A stretch of DNA of 64,000 nucleotides. Origin: Thermodesulfobacteriota bacterium (GTDB lineage: Bacteria; Desulfobacterota; Desulfarculia; JACQYL01). The position numbers were made by a program, and so were the translations under genes. Below the pieces are notes generated by a model. The model was given only the letters and a program-made list of their open reading frames with translations, was not told the DNA's origin and did no database searches. Shown one piece after another: positions 19,594 through 29,782 of this stretch; positions within the stretch are counted from its first letter, which is position 1; every line of letters starts with the position of its first letter. The stretch spans positions 704,001 through 768,000 of the forward strand of contig CAXXLZ010000001.1 in the NCBI GenBank assembly GCA_963675595.2, read 5' to 3'.

Positions 19594-19623
19594 TTTATAG
19601 CACATGAGTCAATTCTATGGCAA
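19594..19623 (-). promoter_or_regulatory. Putative sigma70 promoter upstream of the porin
   Basis: TTGCCA-N18-TATAAA with TG extension. Confidence 0.4.
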
Positions 19624-19719
19624 GACCCGCGCCATTACGGGTACGCCCGATTGAATCCAATAAGCGTCCCCGGTTGTGTTCAAACGTTAGTGAGCCGGCC
19701 GGTATTAAGCTCTTGGGTA

Positions 19720-19736
19720 AGCAAGCAACGGGCCAA
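19720..19736 (-). promoter_or_regulatory. sigma54 (-24/-12) promoter facing the porin
   Basis: Minus strand TTGGCCCGTTGCTTGCT with GG-N10-GC spacing. Confidence 0.65.
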
Positions 19737-19829
19737 GGTAAGAGAGAAGCCGTTTGTGGGCGGAGTGCCCATGGAAAGCCTTGCGACGGACAAACGTCAT
19801 GGAAGGGTAAACCATCGGATACCGCTTCG

Positions 19830-19847
19830 TCCTACGGAATCGTAGGA
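19830..19847. promoter_or_regulatory. Candidate upstream activator sequence
   Basis: Palindrome TCCTAC-GGAATC-GTAGGA about 100 bp upstream of the -24 box. Confidence 0.55.
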
Positions 19848-19861
19848 AGAATCTTTCAAAC

Positions 19862-21424
19862 CTACTCCGGGGTACGAAACCGCCTGGGGTCGATTCCATA
19901 GCCTTTGACGCGCAGGCCCATTAGTCTCTCCGTGATTCCCAGGGCACGGGCGGCCTTGGCTTTGTTGCCTTTGCAGGTCTTCAGGGCGTCCTCGATCAAA
20001 TCTCTTTCCACGGCTTCCAAGGTGGCGGTGAGCGTTCCGCGGTGCACCGTGCCGCTGGCCTCGGCGGTCTGGAGACTGGGAGGCAGATGGTGCGCTCGAA
20101 TCACTTCGTCTTGAGTAAGGAGGACCGCTCGTTCGATGCAGTTCTCGAGTTCCCGAACATTGCCCGGCCAATGGTAGGCCATAAGCATGTCGATGGCGGG
20201 CGTGGATATTCGTTTGATCTTTTTGGCATTGGCTTTGGCGTATTTTCCGACGAAGTGATCGGCCAAGAGCAGAATATCCGATTTCCTTTCCCGCAGCGGC
20301 GGCATGTGGATGGGAAAGACGTTCAACCGGTAATACAGGTCTTCGCGGAACTGGCCTTGACGGATCAGGTCCTCGAGGGGTCGATGGGTGGCGGCGATGA
20401 TCCGGACATCGGTCTTGATCGTCTTGATCCCTCCCAGTCGTTCGAACTGGCGTTCCTGAAGAACTCTCAGAAGCCGCACCTGGGTAGCGGGGGAAAAGTC
20501 GCCCACCTCGTCCAAAAAGACCGTGCCTCCATTGGCCATTTCAAAACGACCGATCCGGCGGTTGAGGGCACCGGTGAACGCCCCGCGCTCGTGTCCGAAC
20601 AGCTCGCTTTCCAGCATGGTTTCCGGAAGTGCCGCGCAGTTCACCTTGACAAAAGGCTTTGAGACACGGTGGCTCCCATAGTGGATGGCGTTGGCGACGA
20701 GTTCTTTTCCGGATCCGCTTTCTCCGGTGATCAGGACGGTGGCGTCGCTCTGTGAAACCTGTGCGATGAGCGCGAACACCTCCTGCATGGGCTTGGAACT
20801 GCCGATGATATTGTCGGGCCGGTAGCGCTCTTTGAGCTTCTCACGCAACCGGGTGTTTTCTTCTTCCAGGCGTCGCCGTTCGGTCAGCAACGCGTGTCTC
20901 AGCCGAACCGGCTGCGAGATCATGGAGGAGATGATGGAGAGGAGGCGTACGTCGTCCTCGAGAGACATTTCTTTCTGAAACGAACGCAGTGCGCTCAATG
21001 CACCGATAACCTGATTTCCCATTTTGATGGGAACGCAGACAAAGGAGAGGTCTCGATCCGGGAAAGCCTGCCGCACCCCTGTTCGATCTAAGAAACGAGG
21101 CTCCCTCGTGATATGAGGAACGATGATCGACTCTCCGGCTTCTATGACCTTGCCGGTTACTCCCTCACCTTTTTGATAACGGATCAGGTCCTGTCGGTCT
21201 TTCGAAATGCCTTGTGCTTCTTCAATGTTGATTTCGCCGGTTTCCCAGTTCAGGAGGGTCAAAGTGGTTCGCAGAAGGTCCGTATGCTCCGAAATGAGCT
21301 GAAGGACCCCATCCACTACATCCTTCAGGTCTTTGGCGGCGTCCAGCCTGCGGCTGATCTCAAGGAGCAAGGTCAGCTCCCGGATTTCCCTCCCGCTCTT
21401 TTTCGTTTGGCTGTTGGTCTCCAC
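19862..21424 (-). CDS. NifA-like sigma54 enhancer-binding protein (GAF-AAA+-Fis HTH)
   Basis: GAF domain (GEGVTG, SFVCVPI), [25 protein letters not shown]-terminal HTH. Confidence 0.93.
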   Translation of the reverse strand: METNSQTKKSGREIRELTLLLEISRRLDAAKDLKDVVDGVLQLISEHTDLLRTTLTLLNWETGEINIEEAQGISKDRQDLIRYQKGEGVTGKVIEAGESIIVPHITREPRFLDRTGVRQAFPDRDLSFVCVPIKMGNQVIGALSALRSFQKEMSLEDDVRLLSIISSMISQPVRLRHALLTERRRLEEENTRLREKLKERYRPDNIIGSSKPMQEVFALIAQVSQSDATVLITGESGSGKELVANAIHYGSHRVSKPFVKVNCAALPETMLESELFGHERGAFTGALNRRIGRFEMANGGTVFLDEVGDFSPATQVRLLRVLQERQFERLGGIKTIKTDVRIIAATHRPLEDLIRQGQFREDLYYRLNVFPIHMPPLRERKSDILLLADHFVGKYAKANAKKIKRISTPAIDMLMAYHWPGNVRELENCIERAVLLTQDEVIRAHHLPPSLQTAEASGTVHRGTLTATLEAVERDLIEDALKTCKGNKAKAARALGITERLMGLRVKGYGIDPRRFRTPE

Positions 21425-21797
21425 TGAGAAGCCTTCCGCATTGAAAACGGCTTATTCGGACCGGCGGACGGGAAGTACGCGTATCCCGTGCCGCAGGGTA
21501 CTTGGGGGGCGCCTTGTTCGGGGAAAGTCCTTGTTTGAAGAGGCGTTTTCACCAGACTCCCGAACCTGGATTCTACCTCGAACGGTCCGTCAAGGCGTCT
21601 CGTAAATCCACTAGACTAAAACAGAAGCCTTAAGCCGTCAAGCCAATACAGGTGAAGAACGGGGGGGGAGCGGGTGCTCCCCGGCCGTCAATTCAAGGTG
21701 GAGCGTATGGATTACCCGGATACCCCGGCCTTCAAGCCATGCATGTGGGTGCTTCAACTCACCGAACGTGCCGGAGGGGCGCCATGCAACGGACGGA

Positions 21798-22394
21798 TCA
21801 GCCATAGAGGTCCGTTCCGTCCGTGGACTCGTCGAGCAGCCGCGGTGAATTCTCAACGTGAATCCGAACATCGGATACGGACGAACGTGATAGGGGTGTG
21901 AGCTTTCTCTCGTAGCGGCGAACATCAGAGATCGTGCAGACCTCCGGCAAAGGAGGCCCCGGTTTGGCTTCCTGCTCGTTCCGTTCCGCGGGCTTTGGAG
22001 TCCGGTTCTTCATTTCACCGGCCAACCACGCAATCATCAAGGAGAGCATGAATACCCAGAAGACCGAAGCCAGACTGATCATCAGTATCCTTCTTCTTTG
22101 AAGGTCCCACTCGTCCGCCTCGGCGGAGATTCTTCTTCGCGCTCGACCGACCAGGAAAGCGATCGGAAACAGAAGGAGAACGAGTCCGATCACCGGAACG
22201 GGAATTCCTCCTTTGCTCGAGGATACGGAATCCGGCAGAAGAATCCACGCACCCGCAGCCAAAGTGATCAGAAGTGCCGCAGACAAAAGCCTGGCGGGTC
22301 GCGCCCCGACCTTACGTCTGCGATGCGCAAGTCCGATGAGCCCCGCAAAAATCGAAGCCGCCGCGATCGTGAAAATCCACCCTTCGTTAGTCAT
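21798..22394 (-). CDS. Hypothetical membrane protein (about 4 TM)
   Basis: Four hydrophobic segments; GGAG RBS. Confidence 0.55.
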   Translation of the reverse strand: MTNEGWIFTIAAASIFAGLIGLAHRRRKVGARPARLLSAALLITLAAGAWILLPDSVSSSKGGIPVPVIGLVLLLFPIAFLVGRARRRISAEADEWDLQRRRILMISLASVFWVFMLSLMIAWLAGEMKNRTPKPAERNEQEAKPGPPLPEVCTISDVRRYERKLTPLSRSSVSDVRIHVENSPRLLDESTDGTDLYG

Positions 22395-22563
22395 CGTTCC
22401 GCTCCACGGCGCCCAGCTTAACCGGAACGTTCCGACAAAGGCAAGGCGGCGAACCGTTGTGACCGAGTTCGATCAGCGAGAGCCAAGAAAGGATGATCGT
22501 AGATTATGTTGAGATCACGAACCGTTAATCAAAAAGTCTCCCGGCCGCTTTTGTGATGTCTGC

Positions 22564-23484
22564 TCAGGACGGTATGATCGAAACGGCAAAGGACAAGGAA
22601 ACCATGGACAACAGGGTGGAAAGCACTATGACGGCCGAGGCCATGTCCGGATCGCTGTTCATTTGCGACGACAGCACATAGCTTGACACTGAGGTGGGTA
22701 GGGCGAAGAAGAGCATGGTGGTCCAGAAGGGAAGCCCTTCCACGTTGAACAGGCGGAGGGTCGCGTAGCCCAAGAGCGGCAGCAGGGCGACTTTGAAAAG
22801 AGAGGCGGCGAGTGCCTTTTTGAAATAGCCTTGGAGGCGTTCCAGTGCGATGGCCCCCCCGACGGACACGAGAGCCAAAGGTAGCGCGACGGCCGAGACC
22901 AGGCGAAAAGTGTTGTCCAGGAATACCGGGAGCGGCCGGCCGGTCCGGGCGTATACCAGACCCGCCATGCATGCGAGTATCAACGGATTTGAAATGATGG
23001 CCTTGAGTGTCAGTCGAGCCCTTTCCCTGCCGTTGTACTCGCCGCCGGAAAACCAGATCAGAGTGGAAACGGCCAGAAGGTTGATGAAAGGAATGGCGAG
23101 GCTGATAAGCACTGCGAAAAGTCGCACTGCGAAATCACCCTTGGCGCTCAGTAGGATGGCCATGCCGATGTACGTATTAAAGCGGTAGCAGCACTGAGAG
23201 AAGGCGCCCATTTCGTAGTTCGAGATGCCGAACAAAGGCTTACAAGCGAAGGTGAGAAGCCAAGCGAGAAGAATGGCCGAATAGACGGCGACAAACACAC
23301 TAGGATCCAAATGGGCGTCGTTGGACGGGCTGCCGATCTTCCAGAAAAGCAGGGAAGGGAAGAAGAAATAGTAGGTAAGGCGGTCCGCTTTCCGTAGAAA
23401 GGAATCGTCGGTGAACCTCAGACGCTTCAGGAAAAAACCGATCCCGATCACCAGGAAGACCGGTAGAACGCCGTCCAATACCAT
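22564..23484 (-). CDS. AEC (auxin efflux carrier) family transporter
   Basis: VLPVFLVIGIG, RFNTYIG, NPLILA, ALPTS, STLLS; about 10 TM. Confidence 0.9.
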   Translation of the reverse strand: MVLDGVLPVFLVIGIGFFLKRLRFTDDSFLRKADRLTYYFFFPSLLFWKIGSPSNDAHLDPSVFVAVYSAILLAWLLTFACKPLFGISNYEMGAFSQCCYRFNTYIGMAILLSAKGDFAVRLFAVLISLAIPFINLLAVSTLIWFSGGEYNGRERARLTLKAIISNPLILACMAGLVYARTGRPLPVFLDNTFRLVSAVALPLALVSVGGAIALERLQGYFKKALAASLFKVALLPLLGYATLRLFNVEGLPFWTTMLFFALPTSVSSYVLSSQMNSDPDMASAVIVLSTLLSMVSLSFAVSIIPS

Positions 23485-23658
23485 ATATGCACCGGCATGA
23501 GCACGAAGTGTTTTGGTTGAACGCTCGAGGCGCTTGCCGCTCGAGCGAAAAATCAGTATAAATTGGGGAGGGAGACGATGCAAGAAGGTCGAAGACCGAA
23601 TCCGGCTCCGATTTGAGGGGCGGAGTGTTTTTCCTCCAAACGACGAAAGGGGACCCTC

Positions 23659-23745
23659 ATGTTCCGCAAGTACGGGTCGACGCTCATATTGATTCTGGGT
23701 GCAATAGTGGTGCTGTACATTTTCTTACGCATGAAGCAAATGTGA
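23659..23745 (+). CDS. Putative 28-aa single-TM small protein
   Basis: AAAGGGGA RBS; MFRKYGSTLILILGAIVVLYIFLRMKQM*. Confidence 0.5.
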   Translation: MFRKYGSTLILILGAIVVLYIFLRMKQM

Positions 23746-23901
23746 CGTCTGTGCCATGGGTCGAGTGTATCCCATGGTCGTTCGGCCTTGCCGCAGAACA
23801 GGACTTCTCAAAACCAAGGATGTTATACGGTCCGTCCAAGAAGATCATGGAGGGAACGCAGGAAAGGTGTTTGCCGGACCACAAGGCCCGGAAGACTATC
23901 G

Positions 23902-24252
23902 ATGAAGCTGTTCATTTCGAATTATGCGTCCGGCGGCGCTTTTGAGCGGGTCGGGGTAAAGCGTAGAGTACGAATATCCCGAGGCAAAGATCGATTGGGC
24001 CGGTTTGACGTGTCGATTCTTGAATTGGCTCCCAGTCGGTCTCTTCTGGAGGGCTTTCGGAGCGGGCGCCTGTCACTCCGCGACTACGACTCTCGTTTCT
24101 GGGAGGAAGTGGAACCGAACTGGGCATCGGCCACTAAGCGGATACGGGAAGGGGATTGTCTGCTTTGTTTCTGTGCGGGGGGTTCCCACTGCCACCGGTA
24201 CCTGGTGGCCGACAGGCTCAGGAGTGAGGGACACGATGTGACGGAAATCTGA
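23902..24252 (+). CDS. DUF488-like protein
   Basis: ELAPS...LL, CLLCFC...HCHR.LVA motif. Confidence 0.7.
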   Translation: MKLFISNYASGGAFERVGVKRRVRISRGKDRLGRFDVSILELAPSRSLLEGFRSGRLSLRDYDSRFWEEVEPNWASATKRIREGDCLLCFCAGGSHCHRYLVADRLRSEGHDVTEI

Positions 24253-24406
24253 TCATCTAATTCCTCAGGGTGACCCCCAAAAAATGAATCGTTCTTTATC
24301 GAGGCGACCTTAGTCCCCCCTCGCCGTGCCCTCATGGCGCGGTTGTCTCGATACGGATTTCGATGCCTCTGATTCCTTTTTTAATACTCACGCGCTTACC
24401 TTTCAT

Positions 24407-24448
24407 TTGACAAACCTTAAAAGTTTTCTTAAATTAGAATTATTCCAA
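24407..24448 (+). promoter_or_regulatory. sigma70 promoter with overlapping Fur/PerR-type box
   Basis: TTGACA-N17-TAAATT; 7-1-7 near-palindrome TTAGAAT-T-ATTCCAA at 24434-24448. Confidence 0.65.
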
Positions 24449-24462
24449 AAGGAGAAACGCTC

Positions 24463-24909
24463 TTGAGGGTAGATTCAACCCACGAGCTGATTAAACAGGC
24501 CGGCCTGATGGTCACCCCGCAGCGGGTGGCGATTCTTGAGGTCCTCATGGAAGAAGGGACTGGGCATCCCAGCCCTGAATGGGTCTACAGGCAGGTTTCC
24601 GAGCGGTTTCCTCATCTATCTCTCGCTACCGTGTACAATACGTTGGATCGTTTCGAGGAAGTCGGCCTGATTAGAAAGGTCAACCCACTTTTCGGAGTGG
24701 CGCGCTACGACGTGAAATCGGAACCTCACCTTCATGCCGTTTGCACCAGTTGCGGTGAAATTCGCGACGTTCCCTGGAACGAAGAGCTGGTTGTACAAAC
24801 GGCGAAATCGGGGATTGAAGCGTTTCAAGTGCAATCGGTTTCCGTCCATCTGCTGGGATTGTGTGATGCCTGCAGGGAACGGGAAAAATTGAAGAACCTC
24901 GGAAAATAG
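24463..24909 (+). CDS. Fur-family transcriptional repressor (PerR-like)
   Basis: TPQRVAIL, HPS, SLATVYNTL, RYD, HLHAVCTSCG, GLCDAC. Confidence 0.9.
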   Translation: MRVDSTHELIKQAGLMVTPQRVAILEVLMEEGTGHPSPEWVYRQVSERFPHLSLATVYNTLDRFEEVGLIRKVNPLFGVARYDVKSEPHLHAVCTSCGEIRDVPWNEELVVQTAKSGIEAFQVQSVSVHLLGLCDACREREKLKNLGK

Positions 24910-24969
24910 GTTTTCGAAACCGACGGGGCATTCCTACAGTATTCAACACCAAACGGGAGGTATATTTGG

Positions 24970-27009
24970 ATGTCTGCTGAAGAAACCAAGGTAAAAGGCG
25001 TTGTCGCGAAGGCCAAGGTCGCGAAGAAGGCGCAGGAGCTGACGGTGGACAGCGCGTCGGCGAAGATGATCGAGCAATCACGGAAGATGGGCATCGAAAC
25101 GATTTTCGATCGAGCGGAGTCCATGAAGCCGTGCAACATCGGTGTGCAGGGCATTTGTTGTAAGGTCTGTTCCCAGGGTCCGTGCCGTTTACCGCTGCCC
25201 AAGGGAGGGATCGAGGGCGAGGATACGAGGAAGGGCTTGTGCGGAGCCACTCCCGAGACCATCGCGGCCAGGAATTTCGCGCGCATGGTGGCGGCCGGCG
25301 CGGCGGCTCACTCGGACCACGGACGAGGCGTGGCGGAAACCTTCCTGGCGGCGGCCCGCAAGGAGACCCACGACTACACCATCAAGGATACGGTAAAGCT
25401 GCTGGAGATCGCCGCCGACTTTGAGGTGGATACTCAGGTGGAAGTGGACGGCGAGATGAAGGATCGGGATATCTTCGAGATCGCCGAGGAAGTGGGAGTC
25501 AAGGCGCTGGGCGAGTGGGGCAAGCAGGACGGAGAGATTTACTACGCCAAACGTGCGCCCCAGGCCCGATATGATTTGTGGAAGAAGCTCAACGTGATTC
25601 CTCGGGGCATCGACCGGGAGATCGTGGAGATCATGCACCGCACGCACATGGGCGTGGATCAGGACTACAAGAACATCATCAAGCAGTGCAGTCGCGCGGC
25701 TCTGGCGGACGGCTGGGGCGGGTCCATGATCGCCACGGACCTGCAGGACGTGATGTTCGGTACGCCCTACCCGGTGCACGGTGAGATCAATCTGGGCGTT
25801 TTGAAGCAGGACCACGTGAACATCATCGTGCACGGTCATGAGCCGCTGCTTTCCGAGATGATCGTAGTGGCGGCGCAGAGCGCCGAAATGCAGGATTACG
25901 CCCGAAGCAAGGGCGCCAAGGGGATCGTTTTGGCGGGGATGTGCTGTACGGCCAACGAGATTCTGGTTCGTCACGGCATGCCCATCGCGGGGAACTACCT
26001 GTCCCAGGAGCTGGCCATCATCACGGGCGCGGTGGACGCCATGGTGGTGGACGTGCAGTGCATCATGGAGAACGTGGCCAACGTCGCCACCTGCTACCAC
26101 ACCAAACTGATCACCACGAATCCGAGGGCGCGGATCGAGAGCGGAGACACGGTGCACATCGAGTTCGACGAGCACCACGCGTTCGAGGACGCCAAAGAGA
26201 TCGTGAAGACGGCGGTGGACAATTTCCCGAACCGTCGAGCGGACGTGATGATTCCGCCGGAGAAGGAAAAGATGGTGGCGGGCTTCTCCTACGAGGCGAT
26301 CAACTATCATCTGGGTGGAACGTTCCGTGGCTCCTACAAGCCGCTGAACGACAACATCATCAACGGCCGGATTCGAGGAATCGGCGGTGTGGTGGGCTGC
26401 AACAACGCGCGTACGTGTCATGACAGCGCGCATCTGATCATCGTGAAGGAACTGTTGAAGAACGACATCATCGTATTGACCACGGGCTGCAACGCCATGG
26501 CATGCGGCAAGGCGGGCTTGTTGACGCCGGAAGCGGCGAAAGTCTACTGTGGAGACGGTCTGGCGGAAGTGTGCGAGACGGTGGGAATTCCGCCGGTGCT
26601 GCACATGGGATCGTGCGTGGATAACAGCCGGATTTTGATGGCCGCGGCGGAAGTGGTGAAGACGGGCGGACTGGGCAACGACATCAGCGATCTGCCGGCC
26701 GCGGGTTCCGCTCCGGAATGGATGAGCGAGAAAGCCATCAGCATCGGTCACTACTTCGTGAGCTCGGGAGTGTACACGGTGTTCGGCGTGGGCCTGCCGG
26801 TGAGCGGAGCGCCGAGGCTGCAGAAACACCTGTTCCAGGAACTGGCGGACATCTACGGAGGTATGTGGGACCTGGTGGAAGATCCTTACGAGCATGCTCA
26901 GAAGATGATCGACCACATCAACATGAAGCGTAAGGCTCTGGGCATCGATAAGAAGAGAGAACGCGTGCTCATGGATATGGCCGACCGTCAGAAGCTCGAC
27001 GCCGCTTAA
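24970..27009 (+). CDS. cooS: Anaerobic Ni-dependent carbon monoxide dehydrogenase catalytic subunit
   Basis: PCNIGVQGICCKVCSQGPC (D/B clusters), HSDHG, HGHEP, MCCTANE, DVQC, GCNN, TTGC, GSCVD, EWMSEKA. Confidence 0.97.
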   Translation: MSAEETKVKGVVAKAKVAKKAQELTVDSASAKMIEQSRKMGIETIFDRAESMKPCNIGVQGICCKVCSQGPCRLPLPKGGIEGEDTRKGLCGATPETIAARNFARMVAAGAAAHSDHGRGVAETFLAAARKETHDYTIKDTVKLLEIAADFEVDTQVEVDGEMKDRDIFEIAEEVGVKALGEWGKQDGEIYYAKRAPQARYDLWKKLNVIPRGIDREIVEIMHRTHMGVDQDYKNIIKQCSRAALADGWGGSMIATDLQDVMFGTPYPVHGEINLGVLKQDHVNIIVHGHEPLLSEMIVVAAQSAEMQDYARSKGAKGIVLAGMCCTANEILVRHGMPIAGNYLSQELAIITGAVDAMVVDVQCIMENVANVATCYHTKLITTNPRARIESGDTVHIEFDEHHAFEDAKEIVKTAVDNFPNRRADVMIPPEKEKMVAGFSYEAINYHLGGTFRGSYKPLNDNIINGRIRGIGGVVGCNNARTCHDSAHLIIVKELLKNDIIVLTTGCNAMACGKAGLLTPEAAKVYCGDGLAEVCETVGIPPVLHMGSCVDNSRILMAAAEVVKTGGLGNDISDLPAAGSAPEWMSEKAISIGHYFVSSGVYTVFGVGLPVSGAPRLQKHLFQELADIYGGMWDLVEDPYEHAQKMIDHINMKRKALGIDKKRERVLMDMADRQKLDAA

Positions 27010-27046
27010 TCGTATCGCGAGCTAAGCCATAAGTCAGGGAAGATCG

Positions 27047-27084
27047 AAAGGGAGGGACCGAAAACGGTTCCTCCCCTTTTCTTT
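27047..27084 (+). terminator. Intrinsic terminator after cooS
   Basis: GGGAGGGACCG-AAAA-CGGTTCCTCCC followed by CTTTTCTTT. Confidence 0.75.
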
Positions 27085-27131
27085 CCGAGTAGAAAGAGCG
27101 AAGGGCAGGTTTCCCGGATGAATCGGTCCGA

Positions 27132-29246
27132 TCAGGTAGAGCCGGACAGTAGGGCTCTCACCTTTTCCAGTTCTTCGAAAAGCTTCGGCAGGAGGCTGTG
27201 GACATCGTCCAAAGATCCCTCTCGCGCATGCGTTTCGATTTGTGCTGCGATGGCGGAGCAGGAATCCGCGCCGATGGCGCCGGTCGAACTTCTGAGGGAG
27301 TGGGCGTGTCGTTCGAGGGATTTGATGTCCGCCGCATCGGACGCCGCTTTGAACTCCGAGATGAGGTTGGGGAGTTCAGTGGAGAACAGGTCCAGGAGTT
27401 CCTGGAATATTTCTTCACTCCCGTCAAGCCTCAGGAGAGCTCTTCGTCGATCGAGCACCCTACCGGACGGATGCACCTCTTCCGACGGGTCGTCGGGCAT
27501 TGCGGCCTTTCCATCGGTGAACCGGTTTAGTATGGCGGCGAGATCGTGCAGATCGAGGGGTTTCGATATGTAGTCATCCATGCCGCTTTGAAGGAATCGC
27601 TCTCGGTCGCCGGTGAGCGCGTGGGCCGTCATGGCCACGATGGGGATGTTTCGGCATTTTTCACCCGCTTCGCCTTCACGAATCCTGTGGACCGCCTCGA
27701 TACCGCCCATGCGAGGCATCTCCACGTCCATGAATACCAAATCGAAGTCGCCGTTGCGTAGAGCCTGGACGGCTTCCCACCCATTGGAAACCACCAGCAG
27801 TTCCCGCGTCCAAGGGTCGAGCACTCCTTCCGCAACCCTTGCGTTCAGGGGTTCGTCCTCGGCGACGAGGACTCTTAGCGAAGCTCCGGGAGACGGGACC
27901 GATCGGCTCGTTTCTTGATCGGCGCTCTCCGGCGGGTTTCCTTGCTCTAAAGTCAACGTGAAGGAGAAAACGCTTCCCTCCCCAGGCCGGCTCCGGAGTT
28001 GGATTCTCCCGCCCATCTGTTCCACCAGACTGCGAGAGATGGCCAGACCCAATCCGGTACCTTCGCGTTTCCCGCCTTCCTGTCCGGTGACTCGCCGAAA
28101 CTTCTCGAAAACTTGGTCTTGTTGGTCGGTGGGAATGCCGATTCCCGTGTCCTTTACGGCAAACAGCAATTGATGTCGAGCGGGCCTCGTACCGGATGCA
28201 GGTTCGGATGAAATCCGTTGCACGTTTACGTATACGCCGCCCGTTTCAGTGAACTTTACGGCGTTACCAATCAGATTGATCAGTACTTGACGGACTCGGC
28301 CGGAGTCCCCCCTAAAGAACAGCGGCAGTTCAGGGTCGAAAAAGGCCTCGAGTTCCAGACCCTTGGCTCGAGCCTGTGATTTCATGATTCGAATCGGTGT
28401 ATCGAGCTGTTTCCGAAGATCGAAATCCACATGCTCGAATTCCAGCTTTCCCGCCTCTATCTTGGATAGATCAAGAATGTCGTTGATAAGTTTCAGCAGG
28501 ATATCCCCGGAGCTTTTTACCGCCTCAAGGTATTCTTTTTGCTCGTCGGTGAGATCGGTCTGCAGCGCGAGGGAGGTTAACCCGATGATGCCGCTCATAG
28601 GCGTCCTGATTTCATGGCTCATGCTCGCCAGGAAATCGGACTTGGCCCGATTGGCGATTCGGGCTTCAATGGCCATGCGCTCGGCTTCTTCGGTCTTGAT
28701 TTCAAGCTTTCGGTAAGATTCCTCGACTTCCTCTTTCGCCTGTCTCAATGATTCCTGAGCTTGTTTCCTGAGTTCGATTTCCTTGCGAAGTTCCATGTTC
28801 GCCGCGCCCAGTTCGTTGGTTTTGGCAGCCAGCAACTCGAGCTTCTCTTTGAGAGCTCTCTCGCGTTCGTCCAGAGTGATCACCATACGATTGAACGCGG
28901 TGGAAAAATCTCCCATGAAATCAACTCGTTGACTGTAGTCTCCGTCGGCGATTTGCTGGGCCTGCCAAGTCAGGTGAGAAAGTCGGGCGTGTAGTTCCTT
29001 GAGGGGGCCTGCAATCAGGTTCTGAGTCCTGGGAAGCTGCTTCCGGAGTTCACCTTTGGACAAGGGAATGGCGAAGTCCCGAATTTCCGCCACGCACTGG
29101 ATGAGGCGATTGATGACTTCCGCGTACTGACGCTCATCGTCCTCCTCGTAGGAGTCCGGGTTGAGGTTCGCGGGAATACCGCCCCTAAGCAGCTCAAGGA
29201 CGGCCATGCCGGTTTCGAAAAGGATTCTTTGGCGCGGCTGGTCCAT
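27132..29246 (-). CDS. Hybrid sensor histidine kinase (HAMP-like, HisKA, HATPase, REC, Hpt)
   Basis: SHEIRTP, NLIGNAVKFT, DTGIG, GTGLGL, VFMDVEMP, AHSLRSS; no TM segment. Confidence 0.93.
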   Translation of the reverse strand: MDQPRQRILFETGMAVLELLRGGIPANLNPDSYEEDDERQYAEVINRLIQCVAEIRDFAIPLSKGELRKQLPRTQNLIAGPLKELHARLSHLTWQAQQIADGDYSQRVDFMGDFSTAFNRMVITLDERERALKEKLELLAAKTNELGAANMELRKEIELRKQAQESLRQAKEEVEESYRKLEIKTEEAERMAIEARIANRAKSDFLASMSHEIRTPMSGIIGLTSLALQTDLTDEQKEYLEAVKSSGDILLKLINDILDLSKIEAGKLEFEHVDFDLRKQLDTPIRIMKSQARAKGLELEAFFDPELPLFFRGDSGRVRQVLINLIGNAVKFTETGGVYVNVQRISSEPASGTRPARHQLLFAVKDTGIGIPTDQQDQVFEKFRRVTGQEGGKREGTGLGLAISRSLVEQMGGRIQLRSRPGEGSVFSFTLTLEQGNPPESADQETSRSVPSPGASLRVLVAEDEPLNARVAEGVLDPWTRELLVVSNGWEAVQALRNGDFDLVFMDVEMPRMGGIEAVHRIREGEAGEKCRNIPIVAMTAHALTGDRERFLQSGMDDYISKPLDLHDLAAILNRFTDGKAAMPDDPSEEVHPSGRVLDRRRALLRLDGSEEIFQELLDLFSTELPNLISEFKAASDAADIKSLERHAHSLRSSTGAIGADSCSAIAAQIETHAREGSLDDVHSLLPKLFEELEKVRALLSGST

Positions 29247-29254
29247 ATCGCGTT

Positions 29255-29782
29255 TCAGCGTTCGGGTTTGATCTCAAACCGGCACACCCGATCTCCCGTG
29301 CACCAGCAGTCCACTTCCTTCACGCTGAATTCTTTCCCGGTATAACGTAGAAAGATGCCCGCGAGAAATCCTTCGTCGAAGGTGCACACCGTCTTCCCAT
29401 CAATGGGAAGACCGGCGCAGTCCAGATCCTCCGCCACGGAGACGGTCAGTTCCCATCGCGCCATGTCGGCCTGTTCAACACGGAAAAGGCCGATGCGAAG
29501 GTCCTTCAGGCTCTTTTGGATTTGAGCGAGGAATTTATCGAACTCGAGAGTCTTGTCGAGAACATGGTCACAGAAGTGCTCTCCCGCAAGTTTGCCCGAC
29601 TGATAAATGACTCCTTCCGCAGCCTCCGGGCCGAAGCGGGAAGTCAGCACGTCTTTCATGGCATAGTGGAGCAGTCGGTAGATCAGGACGGGGACATCGG
29701 TGCCGAGGTTCGGGCGTCCAACGCACACGTCGCCGAGTTGTTCCCAGGAGAATCTATTGCTTGCGGGATCTTCCAATAACAT
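29255..29782 (-). CDS. V4R (4-vinyl reductase) domain protein
   Basis: GRPNLG, EDLDCAGLP, CTFDEGFLAG, EVDCWCTGDRVCRF. Confidence 0.85.
   Translation of the reverse strand: MLLEDPASNRFSWEQLGDVCVGRPNLGTDVPVLIYRLLHYAMKDVLTSRFGPEAAEGVIYQSGKLAGEHFCDHVLDKTLEFDKFLAQIQKSLKDLRIGLFRVEQADMARWELTVSVAEDLDCAGLPIDGKTVCTFDEGFLAGIFLRYTGKEFSVKEVDCWCTGDRVCRFEIKPER

Noticed and set aside
19862-21424. Nitrogen fixation inferred from the NifA-like gene and nifUS
   Set aside because: No nifHDK here; NifUS serves as the general Fe-S system in many anaerobes, and GAF-type activators are widespread.
25189-26916. 575-aa antisense ORF opposite cooS
   Set aside because: Shadow ORF from strong codon bias of cooS; H/R/V/D-rich with no motifs.
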